A stretch of DNA of 64,000 nucleotides, from IMG/VR virus record IMGVR_UViG_3300037193_000639, positions 1 to 64,000 of that record, one strand, 5' to 3'. Below, one piece after another: positions 17,648 to 27,100 of the stretch. The translations under genes and the position numbers were made by a program. The notes beneath the pieces are model-generated. The model saw only the letters and a list, made by a program, of their open reading frames with translations, was not told the DNA's origin and did not search any database. Position 1 is the first letter of the stretch; each line of letters opens with the position of its first letter. Origin of the DNA: a virus.

Positions 17648-18679
17648 ATGCTAGTTCGTAGCCCAACTAATAATTTTGAACTTGTCGATCTGACAGATGC
17701 AGTACGCAACCTGCCGATTCAGTATGGTACGTTCAACCAACTTGGCATCTTCACTGAAGAGGGTGTTGCAAGCGATGCAGTGATGTTTGAAGAGCTGACT
17801 CAAGATGGTGCACTGATTGTTGACCGCGTTCGTGGTGAAAAGAATCTGGTGTCGAAAGATGGTACTCGCAAATTGCATACCTTTGCAGTTCCGCATTTCC
17901 CGCTGGATGACTATATCTCTCCGAAGGATCTGCAGAACGTCTCTGCTTACGAGAAGCTTGACGAAGCAGAGAAACTCGAACTTGTCCGTGCACGGAAGAT
18001 TGCACGCCTGCGTCAGAACCATGACTGGACTCTGAACAAGGCTCGTGCTCAGGCCCTGTTCTCTGGTACGGCTTATGCCCCTAACGGCACTGTGACCCAA
18101 GACTGGAATACCGAGTTTAGCGTAACTCGTACTGAAGTGGACTTCCTGTTTGGTACTTCCACCACTGAAGTTCTGTCGAAGATTGAACTGGTTATTCAGG
18201 CAGTGCATGACGGCATGGCTGGCGAAGCTGGCTTCACTGGTATCGTTGCCCCGGTATCTACTGGCTTCTTCAACAAGCTGATCACTCACGCTTCTGTGCA
18301 GAACGCCTACAAGTATTTCACCTCGATCCAGTCGCAAGATCCGATGCGTACTCGCCTTGCAGGTAACAATTCCCCGATGCCTAACGGTCGTGAGTTCTTC
18401 TTCGGTGGTATCACCTTCCGTGAAATTCGGGACTCTTATAGCGGCACCAGCATTGTAACTGCAAACGAAGGTATTGCAGTTCCGACTGGCTCTGATAAGT
18501 TTAAAACGTTCTTCAGCCCATGCGAAAGGTTCGGATTGGTAAACACGCTTGGAGAAAAAATGTATTTGTTCGAGCAAGCTGCATCTAATGGGACGAAGAT
18601 CGAATTGGAGTCCGAATCTAACCATATCTCGGCTTTGCTCCGTCCTCAAGCTGTGATTCGGTTGTACACAAGCAACTAA
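17648..18679 (+). CDS. major capsid protein (lambda gpE-like family)
   Basis: DLT.A..NLP, PHFPLDD.I.P.D.Q, F.FGGITF, ESN....LRPQA; strong codon bias. Confidence 0.9.
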   Translation: MLVRSPTNNFELVDLTDAVRNLPIQYGTFNQLGIFTEEGVASDAVMFEELTQDGALIVDRVRGEKNLVSKDGTRKLHTFAVPHFPLDDYISPKDLQNVSAYEKLDEAEKLELVRARKIARLRQNHDWTLNKARAQALFSGTAYAPNGTVTQDWNTEFSVTRTEVDFLFGTSTTEVLSKIELVIQAVHDGMAGEAGFTGIVAPVSTGFFNKLITHASVQNAYKYFTSIQSQDPMRTRLAGNNSPMPNGREFFFGGITFREIRDSYSGTSIVTANEGIAVPTGSDKFKTFFSPCERFGLVNTLGEKMYLFEQAASNGTKIELESESNHISALLRPQAVIRLYTSN

Positions 18680-18771
18680 TTAGAAATTTTGTCAGATAAT
18701 TACTGACCAATTTCTTGATCAAAAGCAACTGTCTATGTTATAATGCGCAGTTGCTTTGAATGAGGGAATTG

Positions 18772-19728
18772 ATGACTAAAAAATTAACATTAGAAGAGTT
18801 TAAAGAAAAGAGTGTTGCTGTACATGGCGAAGTATATGATTACTCAAACGTAGTCTACCACAATAATGCAGTTAAGGTCGAAATTTTCTGCTTGCGCCAC
18901 AATAAATTTTTCTCACAGTCTCCTAAGAAACACCTTGCAGGGCAAGGTTGTCCAATATGTCGGTATGAAAAGTCCTCCTCAAAACTCACTAAAACCACGG
19001 AAAAGTTCATAGAGGGTGCTGTGGAAGTGCATGGGGATAAATATACCTACGACAAGGTTGTTTACACAGGAAGCCACACTTGCGTAGAGATATTCTGCAA
19101 TAGTCATGGGGAGTATTTTAAACAAGTTCCAACTGACCATTTGTGCGGAAAAGGTTGCCCCAAGTGTGGCCTTGAAAAAGTGAAAGAGTACGTAAACAGC
19201 TTAACATCTAATACACAAGAATTTGTGGAGAAAGCTAGAAAAGTTCACGGTGACTTGTATTCGTACCACGCAGTGGATTACAAAAGAAGCTCAGAAAAGG
19301 TCAAGATCTGGTGCAACAGGCATGGAGGATACTTTGAGCAGACTCCTAACAGTCATTTAGCTGGTATTGGTTGTGCCTCTTGCGCAAAGACAGGTTATAG
19401 CACAGAGAAGCCCGGAAAACTTTATGTGCTTCGTTGTGACAACATAACTAAAGTCGGAATCACAAATTTTCTACCTGAAGACAGGGCGAAGGCAGTTTCT
19501 AAGAGTTCTAAGCTGAAATTCTCTGTAGTCAAAGTTTATAGCTTTGCAGACGGCGCTGAGGCAGACAAAGTTGAAACAAACGTTCTGCGCACACTAAGAC
19601 AAATTTACAACCGACCAAGTAAGAGGTTTGAAGGAAGTTCAGAATGCTTTATTGACGTTAGTTACGAACACCTTCTTTCAATAATTGACAGAGAACTAGA
19701 GAATTTAATGGAGAAGGAAGATGGCTAA
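18772..19728 (+). CDS. homing endonuclease with DUF723-like Zn repeats and C-terminal GIY-YIG-like domain
   Basis: Three repeats (VHG..Y.Y..V.Y....KV.I.C..H..F.Q.P..HL.G.GCP.C), then LYVL...KVGITN...F.GS.ECF. Confidence 0.8.
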   Translation: MTKKLTLEEFKEKSVAVHGEVYDYSNVVYHNNAVKVEIFCLRHNKFFSQSPKKHLAGQGCPICRYEKSSSKLTKTTEKFIEGAVEVHGDKYTYDKVVYTGSHTCVEIFCNSHGEYFKQVPTDHLCGKGCPKCGLEKVKEYVNSLTSNTQEFVEKARKVHGDLYSYHAVDYKRSSEKVKIWCNRHGGYFEQTPNSHLAGIGCASCAKTGYSTEKPGKLYVLRCDNITKVGITNFLPEDRAKAVSKSSKLKFSVVKVYSFADGAEADKVETNVLRTLRQIYNRPSKRFEGSSECFIDVSYEHLLSIIDRELENLMEKEDG

Positions 19729-20203
19729 CGTAATCGATCCGACTACAAACGTAGGTAAACTGAGATTGAGGGTGGGTGACGTGTCCGATATTCCCTTCTT
19801 TCCTGATAGTGTGTACGAAGCTACTTTGACTGATGAAGATGACAATCTTCCTCGTGCAGCACGGAGGATGGCTCAATACATTCTAGGAACACTATCTGCA
19901 AAGACCCATCGTAAGCTTGCACAGTTAGAAGTCTGGGGGCAGGAGTACTTTGACAACTATGTGAAGTTCATCAAGCTCACAATTCTGAATCCGATGTTTA
20001 TGGATATCAGCCCAGTACCTTATGGCAGTGGCTCTGAAGAACAAGTTCATCCACTGATTCAGTTTCAGCAAGATTGGAACAAGAATTACGCCATTACACA
20101 ATCGAATCAGATGGCTCTCGACGCTGACAACAGCCCTAACGATGGCTCACGTCTCGGCGCACTAGGCACCACAGGTCTAACTTCTGGGTGGCAATTGGTA
20201 TGA
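19721..20203 (+). CDS. head-tail adaptor
   Basis: DPTTNVGKLRLRVGD motif; position after the MCP. Confidence 0.7.
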   Translation: MANVIDPTTNVGKLRLRVGDVSDIPFFPDSVYEATLTDEDDNLPRAARRMAQYILGTLSAKTHRKLAQLEVWGQEYFDNYVKFIKLTILNPMFMDISPVPYGSGSEEQVHPLIQFQQDWNKNYAITQSNQMALDADNSPNDGSRLGALGTTGLTSGWQLV

Positions 20204-20598
20204 CGGCTTTTGCAGATTTTGATGGCGCGATTGGTGAGTTCTTTGATGATTTTGGCTTTGAAGCTACGCTTCTGAAAATTAACAGCGTCACCCACAATAC
20301 AACAACTAGAGGAAGTACACCAGTTGTTGTAGAAATTCCTGTGGAGGCAATCCTAATGGACTTGACGCTGCAGAGTAATGGTTTGAGCGTTAAGTTCGGA
20401 ACGTTGGTGCAAGCGGGTGATAAAGAGCTTTACGTAAGACCGCCCAACAAGGTTGATCCGGTATTATTGCCCTTAACGATTACTCCACAGAAAGATAGAG
20501 TGAGAGTGAATGGGGTTGAATACAGTGTTGTAACTATGAAAGAAGTAAACACAACTGGTTCGGAAGCTTTGCTATACGATTTGTATATAAGGCGTTGA
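20188..20598 (+). CDS. head closure protein
   Basis: Synteny; GTLVQAGDK motif. Confidence 0.6.
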   Translation: MAIGMTAFADFDGAIGEFFDDFGFEATLLKINSVTHNTTTRGSTPVVVEIPVEAILMDLTLQSNGLSVKFGTLVQAGDKELYVRPPNKVDPVLLPLTITPQKDRVRVNGVEYSVVTMKEVNTTGSEALLYDLYIRR

Positions 20599-20599
20599 T

Positions 20600-21010
20600 A
20601 TGGGCAGTTTTGCAGATTCTGTTAAAGTGAATTGCCAAAGGGTTCTAGAGCACGTAAACAAAAAGTGTTATTCAATCACTTGGCAGTTATTCACTTCAGT
20701 AGTGTACAAGACCCCTATACTGAAAGGTGAGTTGATCAATTCTTGGTATCCAAAAGTAGGCCCAGATTTTTCATCTGAGAAGACTACTGTGTACAACAAA
20801 AGTGGAGCTGGAAGCTTGTCACGCATTAACGCCATTATGAATGGGAATGTATTCTTAGGTAAAGATGGCGTGATTACGATGGCTAATAATGAAGATTATA
20901 GCGTCAGAGCTGAGTATTTAGGATGGCCCTCACCACAATGGTCTGGACGAGTTGGCCCTTATAGAATGGTTGCACTGAGTATTCAGAAGGTGGCCGCCGA
21001 CAATAAGTGA
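20600..21010 (+). CDS. neck protein (HK97 gp10-like)
   Basis: TPILKGELINSW, NNEDYSVRAEYLG, PYRMV. Confidence 0.7.
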   Translation: MGSFADSVKVNCQRVLEHVNKKCYSITWQLFTSVVYKTPILKGELINSWYPKVGPDFSSEKTTVYNKSGAGSLSRINAIMNGNVFLGKDGVITMANNEDYSVRAEYLGWPSPQWSGRVGPYRMVALSIQKVAADNK

Positions 21011-21019
21011 TGAGGTTAA

Positions 21020-21421
21020 ATGAGTACATCTACAATCGGAGCGTTTTTTGAGAGTGCTCTTAAAAATTGGGCTGATTCCCAATCTCCTGTAATACCAATC
21101 GCATTTGAAAACGAACACTTTGAAAAGCCCTCTACGGGCAATTTTATAGAGTGCTTCTTACTCCCTAACGAAACTATTAATCCCACGGTGAACGGGCTTA
21201 GGAAGCGTGAAATAGGTATCTTCCAAGTAAATGTCTGGACTAGGCAAGGTTATGGTACGCAAGCTGCAATGAGTATCGCACAAGGAATCATCGATCTTTT
21301 CCCACTAGTGCCTAAAGGCGCTGTTTCAATCGAAAAAACACCATCTATTGAGAAGGGTTTGAACGACCCGTCAGGGTGGTATGTACTGCCTGTAACTATC
21401 TACTACAGGCTCGAATCATAA
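21020..21421 (+). CDS. tail terminator (DUF4128-like)
   Basis: IAFEN..F, GIFQVNV....GYG, PVTIYYR. Confidence 0.7.
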   Translation: MSTSTIGAFFESALKNWADSQSPVIPIAFENEHFEKPSTGNFIECFLLPNETINPTVNGLRKREIGIFQVNVWTRQGYGTQAAMSIAQGIIDLFPLVPKGAVSIEKTPSIEKGLNDPSGWYVLPVTIYYRLES

Positions 21422-21439
21422 TCATGAAGGAATAATTTA

Positions 21440-21787
21440 ATGGCAGCTATCACGCAAACTACTGTGTCAGGTGTTAATGGCCCAGTTAATGTAACTCGCA
21501 CAACTTTGGGCGCAAGCGATACACTCACTTACTCCAGCGGTACACGTCAAATGCTTGATCTGGTGAACACTACTGGCTCTCCTGTTGTAGTGACTATTAC
21601 CGGTTCTACTGCAACCACGATCTCTCCGACTGGGTATGGGGGTACGGTATCAGTGGCGAGTGGCAAAGCAATTACAGTACCGGCGAATGGGCAGACGATA
21701 ATCTCGCTAGATACTATTTCAGCATACCTAGCCGGGAGTATCACTGTAACAGGTGGCACAGGTGTTATTGCTGCGCTGTACGTCTAA
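21440..21787 (+). CDS. small beta-rich virion protein
   Basis: Thr/Gly/Val-rich; strong SD; lies before the tail tube gene. Confidence 0.65.
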   Translation: MAAITQTTVSGVNGPVNVTRTTLGASDTLTYSSGTRQMLDLVNTTGSPVVVTITGSTATTISPTGYGGTVSVASGKAITVPANGQTIISLDTISAYLAGSITVTGGTGVIAALYV

Positions 21788-21812
21788 TTAATACAATTTT
21801 AAAGGAATAAAC

Positions 21813-22247
21813 ATGGCTGTTCAAACATCCGCCGGATCGACTATTGCAATGGGTAGTGCACCAGCAACTTACGACGCCGCTGGCTATGGTGCAGTATCGT
21901 ACACCACTATTGGTGAAGTAACTGATATCGGAGAATTTGGTGCTGCGTACAATCTGGTAACGCACAACCCTGTAGGAAATCGTCAAACCAAAAAGTTCAA
22001 AGGGTCTTATAACAACGGCTCTATTCAGCTTCAAATGGCATTTGATAAAGCTGATGCTGGTCAAGACGCTCTTGCATCTGCTCGTGATTCTGATGCTTCG
22101 AAAGCATTCAAAGTAACTTTGCAGGATGGCACGATTCTCTACTTCGCAGGTAAGGTGATGAGCTTCATTATCCAAGTCGGCTCTGTGGATCAAATCCTCT
22201 CTGCGACTGCAACGATAGAATTGGACCAGAACGTGATTGAAGTGTGA
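21813..22247 (+). CDS. major tail tube protein (siphovirus type)
   Basis: IGEVTDIGEFG, KFKGSYNNG, DAGQ, DGT..YF.GKV. Confidence 0.85.
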   Translation: MAVQTSAGSTIAMGSAPATYDAAGYGAVSYTTIGEVTDIGEFGAAYNLVTHNPVGNRQTKKFKGSYNNGSIQLQMAFDKADAGQDALASARDSDASKAFKVTLQDGTILYFAGKVMSFIIQVGSVDQILSATATIELDQNVIEV

Positions 22248-22253
22248 AATAGT

Positions 22254-22268
22254 TGAGAATCATTCTCA
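22254..22268. promoter_or_regulatory. Fur-box-like 7-1-7 palindrome
   Basis: TGAGAATCATTCTCA, intergenic. Confidence 0.4.
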
Positions 22269-22281
22269 TCTATAGTTGATT

Positions 22282-22307
22282 AATAGGGTGTACGTACACC
22301 CTATTTT
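22282..22307 (+). terminator. perfect 24-bp palindrome, possible terminator
   Basis: AATAGGGTGTAC|GTACACCCTATT followed by Ts. Confidence 0.5.
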
Positions 22308-22320
22308 AAAATAAAGTAAG

Positions 22321-23265
22321 ATGGCAAGAAAACGAACCAAAGAAGATTTTTTGATTGAAGCAAGAGAAATTCATGGCGATAAGTATAATTACGACAACGT
22401 GGATTTCACATTTAGTAATACAAAAGTAGAGATAGTTTGTAACAAGGGGCATGGCAGTTTCTGGCAAACCCCATCGAATCATATAATTTGTAAGGCTGGT
22501 TGTCCCGCTTGTGGAGGCTGTGAACGTCCAACAACTGAAAAATTTATCCGGCAAGCCAAAGAAAAGCATGGTGATAAATACGACTACAGCAAATCAGTGT
22601 ACGTTAAGGCGCACCAAAAATTGCTAGTGACTTGTCCAAAAGAAGGACATGGAGATTGGGAAGTAACCCCAGACGCGCACAAGCGCGGAAATGGTTGCCC
22701 GAAATGTGGCGATGAAAGAACTGCGGCATCCCACAGATTAACACAGGAAGAGTTCATTCAAAAAGCTACAGATGTCCATGGCACAAAGTATGACTACAGT
22801 AAAGTAGAATACAAGTGCGACACAGTGAAAGTTTTAATTGGATGCCCAGAACACGGGGACTTTCCATGTACTCCATCTAACCATAAGAAAGGTCGGGGTT
22901 GCCCTAAGTGTGCCAAGAACGGATACAAACGAAGCCAACCCGGAACCTTCTACATCTTAACCTGTGGCAATCTCACAAAGATTGGTATCACAAACCGTAA
23001 AGTACAAGACCGCATTAGGTCTATCAACAAAAGCTCTGGCAAGAAATTTAAAGAGCGTTTTAGCATCTTTCTAACAGACGGCGAAGTTCCATACCAAATG
23101 GAGCAAATTCTTCTACAAGAACTTCGAAGCAAGTACAAACCTGTTGATGAAATATTCGATGGCTCAACTGAATGTTTTCAGGATGTTGATAACGCCTTAC
23201 TTATCGTCAAAGCTGTAACACTCTTCGGAGATCAAAAACTTCTCAGTAATGAGAACAAGCCGTAA
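22321..23265 (+). CDS. homing endonuclease, paralogue of 18772..19728
   Basis: Three HG.KY.Y...C...HG.F..TP..H...GCP.C repeats; FYIL..KIGITN; FDGSTECF. Confidence 0.8.
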   Translation: MARKRTKEDFLIEAREIHGDKYNYDNVDFTFSNTKVEIVCNKGHGSFWQTPSNHIICKAGCPACGGCERPTTEKFIRQAKEKHGDKYDYSKSVYVKAHQKLLVTCPKEGHGDWEVTPDAHKRGNGCPKCGDERTAASHRLTQEEFIQKATDVHGTKYDYSKVEYKCDTVKVLIGCPEHGDFPCTPSNHKKGRGCPKCAKNGYKRSQPGTFYILTCGNLTKIGITNRKVQDRIRSINKSSGKKFKERFSIFLTDGEVPYQMEQILLQELRSKYKPVDEIFDGSTECFQDVDNALLIVKAVTLFGDQKLLSNENKP

Positions 23266-23334
23266 ATGCTGCAAAGACAGCATCCAAATAATATCAAATA
23301 TTTCTGTCAAAACAAATAGCTAAAAGGATTTAAT

Positions 23335-24167
23335 ATGTCTTTCAATCTCAACTCTCTTGCATTGCGCGATACGACTGCACTCAAACTCCGTCACCCTGTG
23401 ACTGATGAAGTTCTCGCAGACGATGAAGGTAATGAAGTTATTGTACACCTGTATGGCCCAGCAAGCAAGCAATATCGCAACACTATTGCAGCTATGCAGA
23501 ATCGTGCCATCAAACGTGGTGGTAAAAAAGCTACTGCACAGGAGCTGCGTGACGAAGCAATCAATCTGCTTGTCGCATGCTCTGACCGCATCGACAACCT
23601 TGAGTACAACGGTAAGCCTGTAGATACAGAAGCTGCTTTCCGTACTCTCTACAGTGACCCCTCCATGGAATGGATTAAAGGTCAGGTAGATGCAGCTCTC
23701 GGGGATGTCGCAGCTTTTTTGGAACAATAACTGAGAGGCTTACCCTCCATGTAAAACACCTTGCGTGGCTCCATGCAGTCCCGCAAGGCTCCAAAAAATC
23801 TCGTCTAGCAAAATACAAAGAGCTAGACGAAGAGTCTAATTTCCTAAAGCTGCCCGAGTGTGAGGGAGCAGAGTACCTTGTGAATCTGCTCCATGAAGCT
23901 GGCCTAGTTTCTCAAACAGGCATGGGTGTAGCTCCTTTAGAGTGGAAAGAAATCTGTGCTTGGCTAGATGCCACAGAACTCTCACTCTCTGTCTGGGAAA
24001 AATTAACTATTAAAACTTTGTCTGAAGCTTACGCTGCTGAATACAACCAAGCGTCAGATCCTAACAGAGCAGCACCGTTCGTCTATGTTGACGAAGACAT
24101 TCAAGCAAAACGTGACGTTGTTGCTTCGAAGATTGGAAGTATTTTGCGTGCACGAAAGAAGTCATAA
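23335..24167 (+). CDS. tail assembly chaperone G (23335..23730) and G-T fusion by -1 frameshift
   Basis: Slippery T TTT TTG at 23715-23721; the -1 frame is open from there (FGTITERLTLHVKHLAWLHAVP...) through 24167; precedes the tape measure gene. Confidence 0.85.
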
Positions 24168-24178
24168 AGGATTTGTAG

Positions 24179-27100
24179 ATGAGTGTTGATATTAGCAGAC
24201 TTGGAATCGAAGTTAAATCGACTGGTATCAAGGAAGCCTCTCAAGGGCTTTCTGGTCTAGGCACGTCTGCTGCAAACGCAGAGCGTAGGGTACAGAAGCT
24301 TACTGACACAATTGATAAGCTGATTGGTTCGATGACTAATCTAGCTAAGTTGCAAGGCACTGCTACGCAAGCTGCTGCAGCTCATATTCAGATGATTCAA
24401 GGTGGTACTGCAGCTATGCAGGGTATGCAATCGTCTGCACACGCTACAACAAAGACATTGCAGCAACTACAGCAGCAAGCAACGCAGACAGGCAACGCTT
24501 TTGGTCACGCACATCACAAAGGAAACATCCTTAACAACACCTTGAAAAGCATGATGGTGGCAATGTCTGCATATGTGGGCATCAACTTCATTAAAGGTAT
24601 TGTTGAAGCCGGTGATGCTTGGCAAATGATGACTGCAAAGTTGAATATTTCGACAGGCAGTATGTCAAATGCAGTAATTATGCAAGAGCGTCTGTTCAAG
24701 CTTGCCCAAGAGATTCGTGTACCACTTGAGGAAGTCGGTAAGCTGTATAACCGTATGGCTGTTCCAATGGCAGAGCTGGGCAAGACTAGTGGTGAAACCA
24801 TTGAGATGGTTAAAGGGGTGGCTCTTGCGCTTCAACTGGGCGGATCTACTGCGGCTGAAGCATCTTCAGCTATTTTACAATTCTCTCAGGCGATTAACGC
24901 AGGTCGCTTGAACGGTGCCGAGTTTAATGCGGTATCTGAAGCCGCACCCCTCTTGATTCGTGCCATCAGGGATGAATTGGAGAAGACTGAGAAAAAGGCC
25001 CTTACTCTTGGTGCGGTAAAGAAGTTAGGTTCAGACGGGAAAATCTCTGTTGAGATTATGCAGCGTGCAATCTCTAAAGCTGTTCCTGAGTGGGAGAAGC
25101 TATTCAACGATTTACCTGTCACAGTTGGTAGTGCTGTAACTCGTGTGAAAAACGCTTGGCTCAAAGCGATGGGAGAGATGAGTCAGCAATCAGGCTTGAA
25201 CAAAGGCTTGGTTGAAGCACTTGGCACTATTGAAAGCATTATTCCGGCAATCCGTGATGAGATGGTTGGAGCAGTTGTTGGTGTAGGTAAATGGATTAAA
25301 GAAAACCGTGATGCCTTAGCAGACTCTTGGACTCAAGTTAAAGGTCTTGTAGGAGATATGGTAGATCTGGCATCAAAACTTTCTTATGCAGCCGGTGCTG
25401 CTGCAGGGATGGGAAATGAGCTCAGTGCATTTGGTTTTACTCTTTATTCTGTACGCTTGTTTGTAGCTGGTATTCAAGATGGCTTTGTTGCAATTGGTAG
25501 CGTAGTTCTAAAGCTTGGTCAACTCATTAGTAACGTCCTGATTGGACCGATTAACCTTCTTATCACTACAATGCTTGGTGTGCTGTCTGAGCATATTGGC
25601 TTCATTATGAGAGGGATTGGAAAAAGCTTTTCTGCCATTGGATTAGATACGCTAGGTACAAATATCAAAAATGCTGGCGACTCCATGAAGCAGCTTTCCC
25701 TCACTTTCCAAGAAGCCAAGGGGGCAGGTTTTGATCTGGCAGCAGTGATGGGATCAGTGGCAGATAACTCCTTCAATATGCTCGCCAACGGTGAAGGGGC
25801 AGTGCAAAGAGTCCTGAAAGGTGAACAGCAAATCTCCGCAGAGATGGTCAAGCAAGGAAAGTACCAAGAAGGTTTGACCAAAACTCGCAAAGCTAGTGCA
25901 GAGTTGGATGAGAAGGCTGCTAAAGCTCTTGAGAAAATTGTAAAAGCTGCCAACTCCGAATTGGATAAATCAATTGATGCATACAGAGAGCAAGCAGTTT
26001 CATTGGAAGCTTTGCGAAAGTTTGGCCTTGATGGCGATAAAAGGACAAAAGCACAGAAAGAGCAGATCACTTTAGAGCGAGCTTTAGCTGAAGCAACAAA
26101 TTCAAAAGTTAAGGCAATCTTACAAGATGCTATTGCAACCAATCGTGCAACTCAAGAAATGGAAAAGCATGAGAAGGTTATAAAAGACGCTCTGACTCGC
26201 CAGAAGGAAAACGAGGAGCAAGTTCAGAAGTCGATTGAAAGTGCTATTGATGAAGCCCAGAAGAACGAAGACTTAGTTCGCACGTTTGGAATGGCAAAAG
26301 GCGCACTTGAGGAGTTAGAGCTAGCCAGAGTTTCTGAACAACTTGCTCGTGCCAAATCCCTTGCTGACAATGATCATGAAATAGAGCAATTACAAAAGTT
26401 GTACGATGCTCTTCAACGTAATACGACAGCAAGAAAGCAGCTCGGCGTACTGGAAGAACAACAGAAGACCTTTGAAGCAGCTCAACGTGAGTGGGAAAAA
26501 ACTGTCGAAAAAATCGATGATGTTTTCCGTGAAGGTTTCGCGGACATGCTAAATCATGGAGTATCTTCTTGGAAAAGCTTCACTAAATCTCTTGCCACCA
26601 CGTTTAAAACAATTGTTGCTGATGCTATCTACAAGACTTTTATCCGCAAGTATGTTGTTAATATTGTTGGCAATTTCGTAGGTAAGATGGGCGGAGGAAT
26701 AGGGGTGATGGGAGGCTCCCCTGATCTGATGGGGTTGTTTAATACAGGGAGCACCCTCTGGAACGCTGGTTCAACTGTAGCCGGATGGTTAGGCTTGGGC
26801 GGCGCTACATCTATGGGTGTTGCCGGTGCAACTGGAATTACTGCAAGCGCAGCCTCTACTGGTTTAGGATTTACTGCAGGAGGTGGGATGGGCCTTTCTG
26901 CAGGAGCTGGCGGAGCCACTGGGATTACAGCAGGAAGTGCGGGAGCTTCATCTATTGGTAGTGGACTAGTAAGCGCTGGGCAGTCAGGTGCGGCAGCCGG
27001 GAGTAGTATTGGCTCTGCCTTATCTGCAGCAGGTCCATACTTGGCTGCTGCTGCCATTGGATATGCAGTCTGGAAATCGTTAGACGACAGTGGAACGATT

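Noticed and set aside
17651-18649. 332-aa ORF antisense to the capsid gene (likewise 47871-48737 antisense to ssb)
   Set aside because: Shadow frames produced by strong codon bias; no motifs or SD.
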